Source of the DNA: Planctomycetota bacterium
GTDB lineage: Bacteria; Planctomycetota; UBA1135; UBA2386
Assembly: GCA_965228735.1 (NCBI GenBank)
Contig: OZ245838.1
Coordinates: forward strand, 5,472,001 to 5,536,000
DNA length: 64,000 nucleotides
Reading direction: 5' to 3'
The notes beneath the pieces are model-generated. The model had not been told where the DNA came from and did no database searches. It worked only from the letters and a program-made list of their open reading frames with translations. Of the stretch, positions 10,156-19,887 are shown one piece after another (within the stretch, counting starts at the first letter, position 1; each line of letters starts with the position of its first letter). The position numbers and the translations under genes are program-made.

Positions 10156-11460
10156 ATGCCCGAGGCCAAAGCCCCGCGCCGTGTTTCGCTGTCGACGAAG
10201 ATCCTCGTCGGCCTGCTCATCGGTTTGATCGCCGGAGTCGCGCTCAACCTCGCGTACGCCCCCGAACTCGGGCAGCCGCCGTCCGCGACGTGGACCGAGA
10301 TCGACTGGTTCGCCGATCGCATCAGCAAGCCGATCGGCGACCTGTTCCTGCGGCTGTTGTTCATGGTCGTCGTGCCGATCGTGTTCTGCTCGTTGTTCCT
10401 CGGCGTCGCCGCGCTCGGCAGCGTGCAACGCCTCGGTCGGATGGGCGGGCGGGCCCTGCTGTGGTTCCTCGGCACCGGGTTCGTCTCGGCGATCTTCGGC
10501 GTAGTGCTCGTGACCACGGTCGCGCCCGGGCGACGGCTCGACCCCGCGGTCGCCGAGCAGGTCAAGCAGGAGTACCTCGCGGCCGCGCAGGAGAAGGTGT
10601 CCCAGAGCGCCGCGGCCAAGAGCTGGCTCGAAGTGCTCGTCGAGATCGTGCCGACGAACGTGATCGGCGCCGCCAGCAGCAACAGCGGATTGCTGAGCCT
10701 CATCCTGTTCGCCGTGCTGCTCGGCGCGGCATCGATCGCGGTTGCCAGCGAACGCACCCGGGCGTTGCGCGAGGTCGTCGAGGGGCTCTACGAGCTCTGT
10801 ATCAAGCTGCTCGATTGGGCGATGCGGCTCGCCCCGCTCGGCGTGCTGGGGCTGATCTTCCACGCGGCCGTCAAGCTCGGTCTGCCCGTGATGCGCCTCG
10901 TGGGTTGGTACTTCGTCACCGTGATGGCGGGCCTCGTGGTGCTGCAGTTCGTCCTGCTGCCGTTGCTCGCATGGTGGTTCGGCAAGGTGTCACCGGTGCG
11001 CTTCCTGAAGCAGTGTCGCGGCCTGTTCGTGACCGCGTTCTCCACGTCGTCATCGAACGCCACGATGCCCACGACGATGCGCACCGCCGAGATCGAGTTC
11101 GGGGTCAGCAAGTCGACCGCCGGTTTCGTCATGCCGCTCGGGGCGACGATGAACATGAACGGCACCGCGATGTTCCTCTGCGTCGTCGTGCTGTTCCTCG
11201 GTCAGGTCGCTGGCGTCACGCTCGAGTTCGGCGACTACGCGCTCGTGATCGGCATGGCGATGCTCGTCGCGATCGGCGCGGCCGGCGTGCCCGGGGGCTC
11301 GCTGCCGTTGATCGCGATCGTGCTCCTGCGCGTCGGCGTGCCGCCCGAACTGCTGGCGCTGATCCTCGGCGTGGATCGCATCGTCGACATGACGCGGACG
11401 CTGCCGAACATCACGAGTGATCTCGTCTGCAGCATCTGGCTCGAGCGCGACTCCGCGTAG
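10156..11460 (+). CDS. Dicarboxylate/amino acid:cation symporter (GltP/DctA family)
   Basis: AFSTSSSNATMP, GATMNMNGT, GVPGG and DRIVDMTRT motifs; multiple TM helices. Confidence 0.93.
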   Translation: MPEAKAPRRVSLSTKILVGLLIGLIAGVALNLAYAPELGQPPSATWTEIDWFADRISKPIGDLFLRLLFMVVVPIVFCSLFLGVAALGSVQRLGRMGGRALLWFLGTGFVSAIFGVVLVTTVAPGRRLDPAVAEQVKQEYLAAAQEKVSQSAAAKSWLEVLVEIVPTNVIGAASSNSGLLSLILFAVLLGAASIAVASERTRALREVVEGLYELCIKLLDWAMRLAPLGVLGLIFHAAVKLGLPVMRLVGWYFVTVMAGLVVLQFVLLPLLAWWFGKVSPVRFLKQCRGLFVTAFSTSSSNATMPTTMRTAEIEFGVSKSTAGFVMPLGATMNMNGTAMFLCVVVLFLGQVAGVTLEFGDYALVIGMAMLVAIGAAGVPGGSLPLIAIVLLRVGVPPELLALILGVDRIVDMTRTLPNITSDLVCSIWLERDSA

Positions 11461-11484
11461 CTGCGTCGCAGCCGATCGCTGCGG

Positions 11485-11859
11485 TCAGCTGCCTGGGCCG
11501 CACGGGAACTCGGGTTGATCGACGACATATCCGAGGAAGCGAACCTTGCGGATCGTCACCGGATGGAACGTCAGTCCCGTGCATCGCCAGACGACGAGCA
11601 CCCGTGGTCGCTCACGGGCATCGCCGGGATTGAATCCGGTGTGCGGCGCCGGTCGGCGATGCGCGGGAGTGAAGAGGTGCCAGGTCGGCCACGTCGGCGC
11701 GCCGCTGCAGCCGAGCGGTGACCCACTCGACTCCCATCGCGCCGGGGTCGGGATCGAACCGAAGTCGTAGCAACCGGTCTGGGCCCGCACTGCCGGCAGG
11801 ATCATGAGGAGCATGACGAGGCCGAGGCAGAGCAAGAGTCGATTTCGCAGAGGTCTCAC
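11485..11859 (-). CDS. Small secreted Cys-containing hypothetical protein
   Basis: GTG start; signal peptide RNRLLLCLGLVMLLMILPAVRAQ; four Cys in the mature part. Confidence 0.5.
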   Translation of the reverse strand: MRPLRNRLLLCLGLVMLLMILPAVRAQTGCYDFGSIPTPARWESSGSPLGCSGAPTWPTWHLFTPAHRRPAPHTGFNPGDARERPRVLVVWRCTGLTFHPVTIRKVRFLGYVVDQPEFPCGPGS

Positions 11860-12030
11860 ACCCTCGTGCAGTCGGATGGCCAAGAACGGGTCGGAAAAAG
11901 GTCCGTAGTTCCGGAACGCAGGGGTGCAGCCGCGACTCGGCCCTGACGCCGCTGGCACCGGGCGCTTCGAGCACCCATGCAACTGGCGTCCAGTTGGTCC
12001 GGGAGCGGGCCCGATAGCGCTGGCGTAGCC

Positions 12031-12699
12031 ATGCCCAGAGGACTCGCGTTCGCCCTGACGTTCGTCGTGCTCGTTGCCTGCGGGGCAGGCGAGCCGAGGA
12101 GCAGCAGTGCGCCGCCCGCCACGGGTCGAGCGCCGCGCCGCCAGCCCGGCGCGACGCCGATCGTGCAGCCGCGGGTCGCGGCCGCCGCGCCGATGCCGCG
12201 CCGCACGGGCCAAGAGGAGTACTTCCGCCAGCGGATCATCGACGAGTTCCTGATGCGGTTGCGCGACCTCACGGAAGCCGAGCCGGTTCTGCGGGCGGTA
12301 CGCGAGGCCAACGAGCGGCCGGATCGAGCGCTCGCCGAGCTGCAGGAGCTCGACGCTCGATGGCGGGCCGCGCGCGACCCGGCGTTCTTCGCCCCCTACC
12401 TCGAGAGCGAATGCGCAGTCTACCTCCAATCCGTGACTGCGGATCACCCACGGATTCCCGAGGTGTTCGTGATGGACGACGTCGGCGGGCTCGTTGCGAG
12501 CTCGGCGAAGACGTCGGACTACTGGCAGGGCGACGAAGCCAAGTGGCAGCAGTCGTTCAACAAGGGGAAAGGCCAGCTGTTCGTCGATGAGATCGCCTAC
12601 GACGAGAGCACGCGTGAGTACGTCGTGCAGATCTCACTGCCGATCTTCGACGACGGCAAGACGATCGGGGCCATGACCGCGAGCGTCATCTGTCGATGA
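12031..12699 (+). CDS. Stand-alone Cache/PDC-type sensor lipoprotein
   Basis: Lipobox LVAC; EVFVMDDVGGLVA..KTSDYWQGDEAKWQ..YDES..VQISLPI pattern typical of PDC sensor domains; ATGA overlap with the kinase. Confidence 0.75.
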   Translation: MPRGLAFALTFVVLVACGAGEPRSSSAPPATGRAPRRQPGATPIVQPRVAAAAPMPRRTGQEEYFRQRIIDEFLMRLRDLTEAEPVLRAVREANERPDRALAELQELDARWRAARDPAFFAPYLESECAVYLQSVTADHPRIPEVFVMDDVGGLVASSAKTSDYWQGDEAKWQQSFNKGKGQLFVDEIAYDESTREYVVQISLPIFDDGKTIGAMTASVICR

Positions 12700-15374
12700 T
12701 GAGCGTCTCCGAGACAGAGCCGGGGTCGTCGACGTCCGAGGAGCTCGGGCGGTCCGGCGGCAAGTGGTGGTACCTCGTCGGCATCTTCGCGGCCGTCGTC
12801 GTCCCGCTGCTCATTCACGACGCGGCGACGTCGACGATCATTCACCGTGAACTCGCGGATTCGGGCCGGCGGCAGAGCCGTGCCGTGCTCGCCGGTGTGG
12901 CGAACAACGTGCGGATGTTCTTCGCCGAGTGCCTCAACCTCGGTGAGTCGTTCGCGGACGCGAAGGCCGTTCGTGACGCGTTCGAGTTCGAGCGCGAGAA
13001 CGGCTTCGTCCCGTTGACCCTCGTCGACCGGATCGGTCAGAACGTCGCGCGCTCCGGTGCGTTCGACGCGGTCATCATGCTTTCTCGCGACGGCCGCGCG
13101 ATCGGTGCGACCGCGGCGGTCGACGGCGCCGCGCTGGACTCCGTGTTGCGCAACGCGATCAACAGCGGGCCGAGCGGGACGGTCGCCGTGGAGAGCGCGA
13201 ACGACGTGCGGCTCGCGACGTTCGTCGAGGTGCGGGACGTGCAGGACGGTCACTCGATCGGCATGGTCGTGTGCTTCCTGCGATCGCAACGACTGCTCGA
13301 GGTGATCGACACCGCGACGTTCGGTCACGACTCGAGCGGGTTCACGTTCGTGCTCGACTCGCAGCAGCGCCGCCTCGCCGAAGGCAGTCCGGCGGGGGCG
13401 TCGACACTAGCGCAGGGGGCGGCGATCGCCGTCGAGCCGCTCGACCTGTCTGCCGAGCTACAGCAGACGATCCGGGCAGGCGAGGGTGTCGACTGGCGTG
13501 AGGAGCACGTCTTCGGTCGCGGCCACTTCGTCACCACGGTCCCGCTCGGCATCGCGGACTGGAGTCTCGCATTCGCCGTCAGCAAGGCCGACTTCCTGCG
13601 GCCGATCGAGGACGCGACCAGCTCGACGCTGTTCGCCGGTTTCTTCGCGCTGCTCGGCGCCGTCGGTCTCGCATGGAGCAGCGCGTGGGCGATGCGACAG
13701 CACGTGCGCCGGCTGACGCTCGTTGCGCACGATCTCGATCAGGCCGGGCAGGCTGCGGATGCCGCGAGCAAATCGAAGAGCGAGTTCCTCGCGAACATGA
13801 GCCACGAGATCCGGACGCCGATGAACGGCGTTCTCGGGATGGCCGAGCTGCTGCTCGCGACGGAGTTGTCGGGACAGCAGCAGGACTACGCGATCACGGT
13901 TCGCAACTCGGCCGAGGCCCTGCTCGGGATCATCAACGACGTTCTCGACTACTCCAAGCTCGAGGCCGGTCTGTTCACCCTCGAGTGCATCGAGTTCGAC
14001 CTCGGTGACTGCGTCGAGGACGTTGCGCAGCTGCTCGCCGTGCAGGCCCGCGCCAAGGGCCTCGAGCTCATCGTCCAGTACGCGCCGACCGCGCCGCGCG
14101 CCGTGAAGGGCGATCCGGTCCGTATCCGACAGGTGCTGACGAACCTGCTCGGAAACGCGATCAAGTTCACGCGCGAGGGGCAGGTCGTGATCGGCGTCGA
14201 ATGCGAACTCGGAACGGACGGCGCGGCCGGCACGTTCCGCATCCGGGTCGAGGACACCGGCATCGGGATCGCGGAGGACAAGCTCGCGCTCGTGTTCGAC
14301 AAGTTCGTGCAAGCGGACTCGTCGACGACGCGCCACTACGGCGGCACGGGCCTCGGCCTCTCGATCAGCCGGATGCTCGTCGAGCGCATGGGGGGGCGGG
14401 TCGAGGTCCGCAGCGCCCAGGGCGTCGGTTCGGTGTTCACGGTCATCGTGGAGCTCGCGACCGGCGAGGGCGGCGCCGAGGTCTCGCCGAGCAGCCTCGA
14501 AGGGCGGCGCGCGCTCATCGTGGACGACAACGAGGTCAATCGCGCGGTGCTGCACGACCACCTCGTTACCTGGGGTGTGCAGTGTGACATCGCCGCGAGC
14601 GCGGAGGACGGCCTGCAGCTGCTCGAAGCCCGCGCCGCGGCGAAGGAACGCATCGATCTGCTGCTCGTCGATCAGGAGATGCCGGGCATGCGCGGCTCGG
14701 AGTTCAGCTCGGTCGTGCGTGAACGCAAGCTCGCGCCGGATGGCAAGCTCCTGCTCTTGAGTTCGTCCGCGGCCGTGATGGACGAGTCGTTCCGCAAGGA
14801 GCACGGCCTCGACGAGTGCCTGGCAAAGCCCGTGCGACGGAAGCAGCTGCAGCAGCGCATCCTCGCGTCATTGCAGCCTGGCGACGGCCAGGGCAGCAAG
14901 CGGCCGCAGCCGCTCGACACGGCCGTTCCGCCCGGGCTCCGGGTGCTCGTCGCCGAGGACAACCCGATCAATCAGAAGGTCGCCCGTCAGCATCTCGAGC
15001 GGTTGGGCTGCGAGGTCACGATGGTCGCGGACGGCATCGACGCGCTGCAGCAGGCCTGCTATCACAGCTTCGATCTGATCTTCATGGACTGCCACATGCC
15101 GGTCATGGACGGCTTCAAGGCGACGCGCGCGCTGCGCGAGATCCAGCCCGCGGAGGATCGGACGACCGTGCTCGCGCTGACGGCGAGCGCGCTCGACGAA
15201 GACCGGCAGCGGTGTCAGGAGGCCGGGATGGACGACTTCCTGTCGAAGCCGATCAAGCGCACGGTCCTCGAGGAGATGATCATGCGCTGGACGGTCCACC
15301 GCGGGACTGAATCCGACGGTGCTGCGGGTGAACTCGGCAGTGGGTTCCGCACCGGCGCGTCGCCGACGCCCTAG
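12696..15374 (+). CDS. Membrane hybrid sensor histidine kinase with two receiver domains
   Basis: FLANMSHEIRTPMNG H-box; NLLGNAIKFT; DTGIGI; GGTGLGL; REC domains (LIVDDN, LVAEDN...FMDCHMP). Confidence 0.95.
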   Translation: MMSVSETEPGSSTSEELGRSGGKWWYLVGIFAAVVVPLLIHDAATSTIIHRELADSGRRQSRAVLAGVANNVRMFFAECLNLGESFADAKAVRDAFEFERENGFVPLTLVDRIGQNVARSGAFDAVIMLSRDGRAIGATAAVDGAALDSVLRNAINSGPSGTVAVESANDVRLATFVEVRDVQDGHSIGMVVCFLRSQRLLEVIDTATFGHDSSGFTFVLDSQQRRLAEGSPAGASTLAQGAAIAVEPLDLSAELQQTIRAGEGVDWREEHVFGRGHFVTTVPLGIADWSLAFAVSKADFLRPIEDATSSTLFAGFFALLGAVGLAWSSAWAMRQHVRRLTLVAHDLDQAGQAADAASKSKSEFLANMSHEIRTPMNGVLGMAELLLATELSGQQQDYAITVRNSAEALLGIINDVLDYSKLEAGLFTLECIEFDLGDCVEDVAQLLAVQARAKGLELIVQYAPTAPRAVKGDPVRIRQVLTNLLGNAIKFTREGQVVIGVECELGTDGAAGTFRIRVEDTGIGIAEDKLALVFDKFVQADSSTTRHYGGTGLGLSISRMLVERMGGRVEVRSAQGVGSVFTVIVELATGEGGAEVSPSSLEGRRALIVDDNEVNRAVLHDHLVTWGVQCDIAASAEDGLQLLEARAAAKERIDLLLVDQEMPGMRGSEFSSVVRERKLAPDGKLLLLSSSAAVMDESFRKEHGLDECLAKPVRRKQLQQRILASLQPGDGQGSKRPQPLDTAVPPGLRVLVAEDNPINQKVARQHLERLGCEVTMVADGIDALQQACYHSFDLIFMDCHMPVMDGFKATRALREIQPAEDRTTVLALTASALDEDRQRCQEAGMDDFLSKPIKRTVLEEMIMRWTVHRGTESDGAAGELGSGFRTGASPTP

Positions 15375-15390
15375 ACTAGACTAGTCTAGT
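15375..15390. repeat. Perfect 16-bp palindrome ACTAGACTAGTCTAGT between convergent genes
   Basis: Read directly; four CTAG within 15371-15389. Confidence 0.7.
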
Positions 15391-15404
15391 TGTCGGTCGG
15401 CGCC

Positions 15405-15647
15405 CTACTCCGGCAGTCCGCTGTGGGTGCCGTCGCAAAAGGGCTTGTTCGCGCTGTGCTTGCAGCCGCACCAGGCGATCTTCTTGCCCGCCTCGATCAC
15501 TTCGATCTTGGGCACTATCCCGGTGCCGGCGTGGGCGCCGTCACAGTAGGGCTGGGTCTTGCTGCGCCCGCACGCGCACCAGGCGTAGGTCCCGGGTTCG
15601 ACGTCGAGGACGTAGGGGGTGCGCGATGCGATCTTGGGTTCGGCCAT
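15405..15647 (-). CDS. Double CDGSH iron-sulfur domain protein (MiNT/CISD3-like)
   Basis: [17 protein letters not shown] and [17 protein letters not shown]. Confidence 0.92.
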   Translation of the reverse strand: MAEPKIASRTPYVLDVEPGTYAWCACGRSKTQPYCDGAHAGTGIVPKIEVIEAGKKIAWCGCKHSANKPFCDGTHSGLPE

Positions 15648-15690
15648 GCATTGCATTGTGCGGGATCGGGTCTGGTGATTCACTGCCAGC

Positions 15691-16014
15691 ATGGATCTCG
15701 ACCCGCAGGCTCGGATGAACCTCATGAAGTTCGTCTGCTCGTTCGCGTGGACCGACCTCAAGGTCACGCAGGCCGAACGCGACATGGTCATGCGCATCTC
15801 GGGGCGGCTCGGATTGAACAACGACGAGACCGCGCAGGTGCAGCGCTGGCTCGAGGTGCCGCCGGCCCCCGACGATGTCGATCCGACGCTCGTGCCGCCC
15901 GAGCATCGCCAGGCGTTCCTCTCCGCGCTCGAGGCGACGGCGCATGCCGACGGCGCGGTGCCGCCGGCCGAACGCGAGACGCTCGCGTTGTTCCGCGAGT
16001 TGCTCGGCGGCTGA
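15691..16014 (+). CDS. TerB-like protein
   Basis: [13 protein letters not shown] and [13 protein letters not shown] duplicated helical motifs. Confidence 0.75.
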   Translation: MDLDPQARMNLMKFVCSFAWTDLKVTQAERDMVMRISGRLGLNNDETAQVQRWLEVPPAPDDVDPTLVPPEHRQAFLSALEATAHADGAVPPAERETLALFRELLGG

Positions 16015-16082
16015 CCGCGCGCCTCCCGGCGAGCGGGGGCCCGTCACTCGGGCCCGCGCTGCTGGGGTGAACGCCGCCCGGC

Positions 16083-16559
16083 TCAGCGCGCCACGACCGC
16101 GCCCGGCGTCGGACCGACGTGCGCGACGCGCGTCATCGCGTCGTGGCGGCCGAGGTCCGGGCGCCACACCATCTGCGTCGTGCTGAACGAGCCGTTCGCG
16201 TGCTCGTACCACTCGACGCCGGCCTCGCTGCGCTGCACGCCGACGATCGGGCTCCACGGCTTCGGGCCCCAGAACGTGGCCAGCGGCGCGGCGTCGACGG
16301 CGCCGTTGAGGGTCTGCACGAACGAACCGTCCGGCAGCTCGAGGAGTTTGCTGCGGTCCTCGGGGGTTTCGGGGGCTTCGGGGGCCGACGGCGCGGCTGA
16401 CCCGGCGAGCGGCGCGGGCGCGTCGACATTGGCGGTCACGGCGGCAGCGGGAGTGGCCCCGGGCGTCGACGTCGGGGTGGGCCGCGTGCCGAGCCACAGT
16501 TGGCCCAAGCCGAGCACCGAGATCCCGGCGAGCGCGAGGATCGTGAGTGGGGTCTTCAT
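16083..16559 (-). CDS. Hypothetical exported protein
   Basis: N-terminal hydrophobic segment, Pro/Ala-rich linker, globular C-terminus; 11 bp downstream of the preceding gene. Confidence 0.7.
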   Translation of the reverse strand: MKTPLTILALAGISVLGLGQLWLGTRPTPTSTPGATPAAAVTANVDAPAPLAGSAAPSAPEAPETPEDRSKLLELPDGSFVQTLNGAVDAAPLATFWGPKPWSPIVGVQRSEAGVEWYEHANGSFSTTQMVWRPDLGRHDAMTRVAHVGPTPGAVVAR

Positions 16560-16570
16560 CGCTCGCTCTC

Positions 16571-17731
16571 CTAGAAGTACGTCGCCTGAGCGTTCGTCCA
16601 GTTGCCGATCCCGGTGTTGGTGTCCCAGACGATCGCCTGGAACACGAGGTGTTCGCCGAGCATGAACGTCGGAATCGTGTTGGGTACCGCGACGGTGTAC
16701 TCGTACTGCCCGTTCTGCAGCGACGCGACGTCGAGAGAGAGGATCGGTAGGGCAGAGGGCCCGCTGATGTGGCTGTTGCCGATGAGCGCTCCCTGGAACT
16801 GCCACGCGTAGTTCGGCGGCAGGAAGCCGAACTGCGCGCCGAGGAACACCAGTCCGAACGGCGCGAGGTTGTCCGTCACGCGCACGATCAGGCCGTCGCT
16901 ACGCGGGTTGCCGCTGACGTCCGGAAACAGCCCATTCATGCTCAGGTTGGCACCCGGGGCGCCGAGACGATTGCTCGTCGGATCGACGCCGCCCATGTGC
17001 AGGTTGGGAGTCGTGACGAACGGGCCGAGGATGTAGGTCCACTTCGTCGAGAACGAGCCGTTCACGATGCCGGCCCACGTCGGATCCGGAACGCCCGGGG
17101 CGTGATTCTCACCGAGAGTCGCGCCGGTGTTGGCATTGAGCAGGTCGGCGCGAAACAACGAGTGTCCGTCCGTCGCGGGCCACAGCGGATTGGCCGGCAG
17201 GTCGATGCCGACGTAGACGCGATCGGTCTGGGTCGGCCAGACGCTGCCGGCGATCACGCCGCCCTGCATGTTGAAGCCGTCGTACATGATCCAGGTGCCG
17301 CGGTTCTGGTTGCTCGACGGCGGCGTTGTCAGACCCGCGATGCGGGTGATCTCGGCGGTCGGGCTCATGTCTGGACCAGCGACGGGATCGGCTCGGCGGA
17401 TGATCAGATCGTAGGTTTCGATCGTCGACAGCTTCTCGTCCGCGACCCAGTGGTAGATGCCGAACAGCCGCATCGAGTGGTTGTCGTCACCGACGCCGCG
17501 GAAGTGATCGATGTTCAGCTCCATGAGCGCTTCGGCGCGGTTGCTGACATCGGGCCGACCGACGAACGACGTGCACGTGACCGTCTGCCGTTCCGGGTCC
17601 TGGGGGTAGAACACGAACGGGTTGACCTGCGCGCTGGCGGCGGCGCTCAGGACGAGAGCGACGGTCGCCGCAGCGGCGGTGCGAACGGACGAATGGGTGG
17701 AAACGTTGGCGGCGGTGCGAGCGTGCTGCAT
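16571..17731 (-). CDS. Secreted hypothetical protein with a divergent copy of the shared C-terminal domain
   Basis: Signal peptide ...ALVLSAAASAQ; ends LGEHLVFQAIVWDTNTGIGNWTNAQATYF. Confidence 0.8.
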   Translation of the reverse strand: MQHARTAANVSTHSSVRTAAAATVALVLSAAASAQVNPFVFYPQDPERQTVTCTSFVGRPDVSNRAEALMELNIDHFRGVGDDNHSMRLFGIYHWVADEKLSTIETYDLIIRRADPVAGPDMSPTAEITRIAGLTTPPSSNQNRGTWIMYDGFNMQGGVIAGSVWPTQTDRVYVGIDLPANPLWPATDGHSLFRADLLNANTGATLGENHAPGVPDPTWAGIVNGSFSTKWTYILGPFVTTPNLHMGGVDPTSNRLGAPGANLSMNGLFPDVSGNPRSDGLIVRVTDNLAPFGLVFLGAQFGFLPPNYAWQFQGALIGNSHISGPSALPILSLDVASLQNGQYEYTVAVPNTIPTFMLGEHLVFQAIVWDTNTGIGNWTNAQATYF

Positions 17732-17882
17732 GAGAACTGCGTCGAGTTCTACGGGATGCAGCGTGGGAGGAGCGACAGCTCTCCTAGCCCAGGTCGGGGC
17801 CCAGGAAACAGGAGGTGGCCGATTTCCTCACCCGACTTGTGGTCCGAGCCGCGCCCGACCGCACATCGGGATACCCTTCTCC

Positions 17883-18914
17883 GTGCCAAATCCTTGCCCA
17901 GGCTCTGGTTCTGCCGGTGTGAGCGCCGGGATAGCCGCGCTCATCGCTGTTCTTTGGCTACCGGCCGAGCTGCCTGCACAGCTCGTTCTCCGGAGTGAGT
18001 CCGGTGGGATCGGGGCCCACCTCGGGGCCCTGAGCGCCGTGGCAGCGAACGGTCAGGACCTGTCGAACGGCGTCCATCTCGAGCCGGTCGGCTTCGGTGG
18101 GGCCGCCCGCTTCGACCTCGCCCCGCGGTCGGATCCGACGGCGGGTGAGTTCGTGCACGCGGTCGTGGCCGACGCCTGGCAGGCGGTCACCAGTCAGAGC
18201 GGCGGCGCGCTGCGTCACGAGTTCGACCTCGCGCGGCCCGTGATGGGTCGAGTCGTCGTCGAGTGGCAGACGGTGACGTCCGGCACCGGTGCGTCCGCGT
18301 TCACGCTCGACCTCGGCGCCGACGGTTCGATCGAGGTCGACGACGGCATGGGCGTCGGCTCCGTCGCGTTGCCCGTCGCTCTGCCGGCCGGGGTGACGCG
18401 GCTCGCCGTCGCGCTGTCGGCGTCTGCTGTCGCCGGCACGATCCAGGGGCCGTGGGGCATTCAGATCGACTACCAGGGTGCGGCGACAGCCGAGCTGCGC
18501 GTGCGGCTCGAGCCGACGCGCGGCACGGTGACCCAGTTCGCTGGCGGCTGCGCCGGCGCCGGCACCCCGGGCCTCGCGATCCCCGCGACCACGATCGTCG
18601 GCAACTTCGACGGCGCGGTGTCGGTTCTCGTCGCGCCGGACGGCGTCCATGACGTGGTGATCCTTGCTCTTGGATTGACGCCGACGAGTTCGTCATTGCC
18701 GGTGCCGCCGTTCTGCGTGCTCGAGGTCGATCCGCTCATCACGTCGTGGCAGCCGCTCGACGGTGTCGCCGGAGCGGCGTTCCATCTCGCCTTGCCGGTC
18801 GGGGCGCCGGCGATCGGGTTCGCGACGCAGGTCGTGGGTCTCGATCTCGGCAGTGGCGCGCCCGGCGGGCTGAGCGCCGCGACGAGTGCGGCGCACTACG
18901 TCGTACTGCCGTAG
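17883..18914 (+). CDS. Secreted hypothetical protein with shared C-terminal domain (start uncertain)
   Basis: Signal-like IAALIAVLWLPAELPAQ; FAGGCAG...LPVPPFCVL...FATQVVGLD. Confidence 0.7.
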   Translation: MPNPCPGSGSAGVSAGIAALIAVLWLPAELPAQLVLRSESGGIGAHLGALSAVAANGQDLSNGVHLEPVGFGGAARFDLAPRSDPTAGEFVHAVVADAWQAVTSQSGGALRHEFDLARPVMGRVVVEWQTVTSGTGASAFTLDLGADGSIEVDDGMGVGSVALPVALPAGVTRLAVALSASAVAGTIQGPWGIQIDYQGAATAELRVRLEPTRGTVTQFAGGCAGAGTPGLAIPATTIVGNFDGAVSVLVAPDGVHDVVILALGLTPTSSSLPVPPFCVLEVDPLITSWQPLDGVAGAAFHLALPVGAPAIGFATQVVGLDLGSGAPGGLSAATSAAHYVVLP

Positions 18915-18983
18915 CTGGGTCTTGCTGGCGTAGCTGGCAGCGGACGCGCGCCGTCGGCGATCCTGTTGGTTGACGGCGACGCC

Positions 18984-19733
18984 TCAGCCGGTGTCCACCT
19001 CGTCCCGCAACCAGCGGTAGACCGGCAGCATCGCGCGCCAGTCGGCGAGACAGTGCTTCACGACGTCCGCGGTGCGCGCCGCGCTCGCGGGGTAGCGCGC
19101 GACGACGAACAGCTCGCGGTGGCGCAGCAGCTCGGCCGTCGCCGCCGGCAGCGGTGCGGTGGCCGCGGTCTCGAACCCGCGCGGCACGCGTTCTGCCCGG
19201 TCGCCGCCGAGGACGAAACCGCGGCGCTCGAGCCGTCTGACGAGGCGCGCGAGCGCCTTGCCCTTGTCGGGACTCGCGATGGCCGAACGCAGTGCGCGGA
19301 CGGCCGCGGCATCCGGTCCGCGGCACCCGGCGCCGATCTCGAGCCCGCGCGGCGCGAGCCGCAAGAACAACGCGGGCATGCCGGGGCGCGGCTCGCCCTC
19401 CCAGAACGACAACCCGAGGTGATCCTTGAACGGCGCACCGTCGCGCACGAACCGCGCGTCGCGGTGAACGCGCCGGATCGAACCGCCGATCTTCGGTTCG
19501 ACCACGAGCTCCGCGACGAGCCGCCGCAGCCCCGGGGCAACGGCGGCCACGAACCCGCGCGCGGGCTCGACGTAGGCGGCGAGGTACTCGTCGCGATGCG
19601 CGGCGAACCACTCGCGGTCGTTGTTCGCCTGCAGCGCGCGCAAGAACGTGAGGGTCGCCCGCGGGAAGCCCCCATAGTTCGATTCGCCGCGGACCGATTG
19701 CCCGGGTGCCGTTGTCTGCTTGCTGAGTGCCAC
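18984..19733 (-). CDS. DUF2461 (TIGR02453) family protein
   Basis: FLRALQANNDREWF, RVHRDARF..DGAPFK and RVPRGF motifs; start uncertain. Confidence 0.85.
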   Translation of the reverse strand: MALSKQTTAPGQSVRGESNYGGFPRATLTFLRALQANNDREWFAAHRDEYLAAYVEPARGFVAAVAPGLRRLVAELVVEPKIGGSIRRVHRDARFVRDGAPFKDHLGLSFWEGEPRPGMPALFLRLAPRGLEIGAGCRGPDAAAVRALRSAIASPDKGKALARLVRRLERRGFVLGGDRAERVPRGFETAATAPLPAATAELLRHRELFVVARYPASAARTADVVKHCLADWRAMLPVYRWLRDEVDTG

Positions 19734-19887
19734 ACCTCTGTGCAGCGGGCCGGTGCAGAAACGCATCGCGGCTTTCGATTTCCTCGTGAGCGGCCGATCA
19801 CCGCGCTGAAACCCGGTGTCGGGCCCAGCATGAACGCCGGTATCCTGCTGGCCGGACCCGCGGGCGCCCCCTAACCTCGCCGCCCGC

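Noticed and set aside
5529..16014. SbcCD or TerB as an anti-phage defence island
   Set aside because: Canonical sbcDC pair and a lone TerB among housekeeping genes; no accompanying defence genes.
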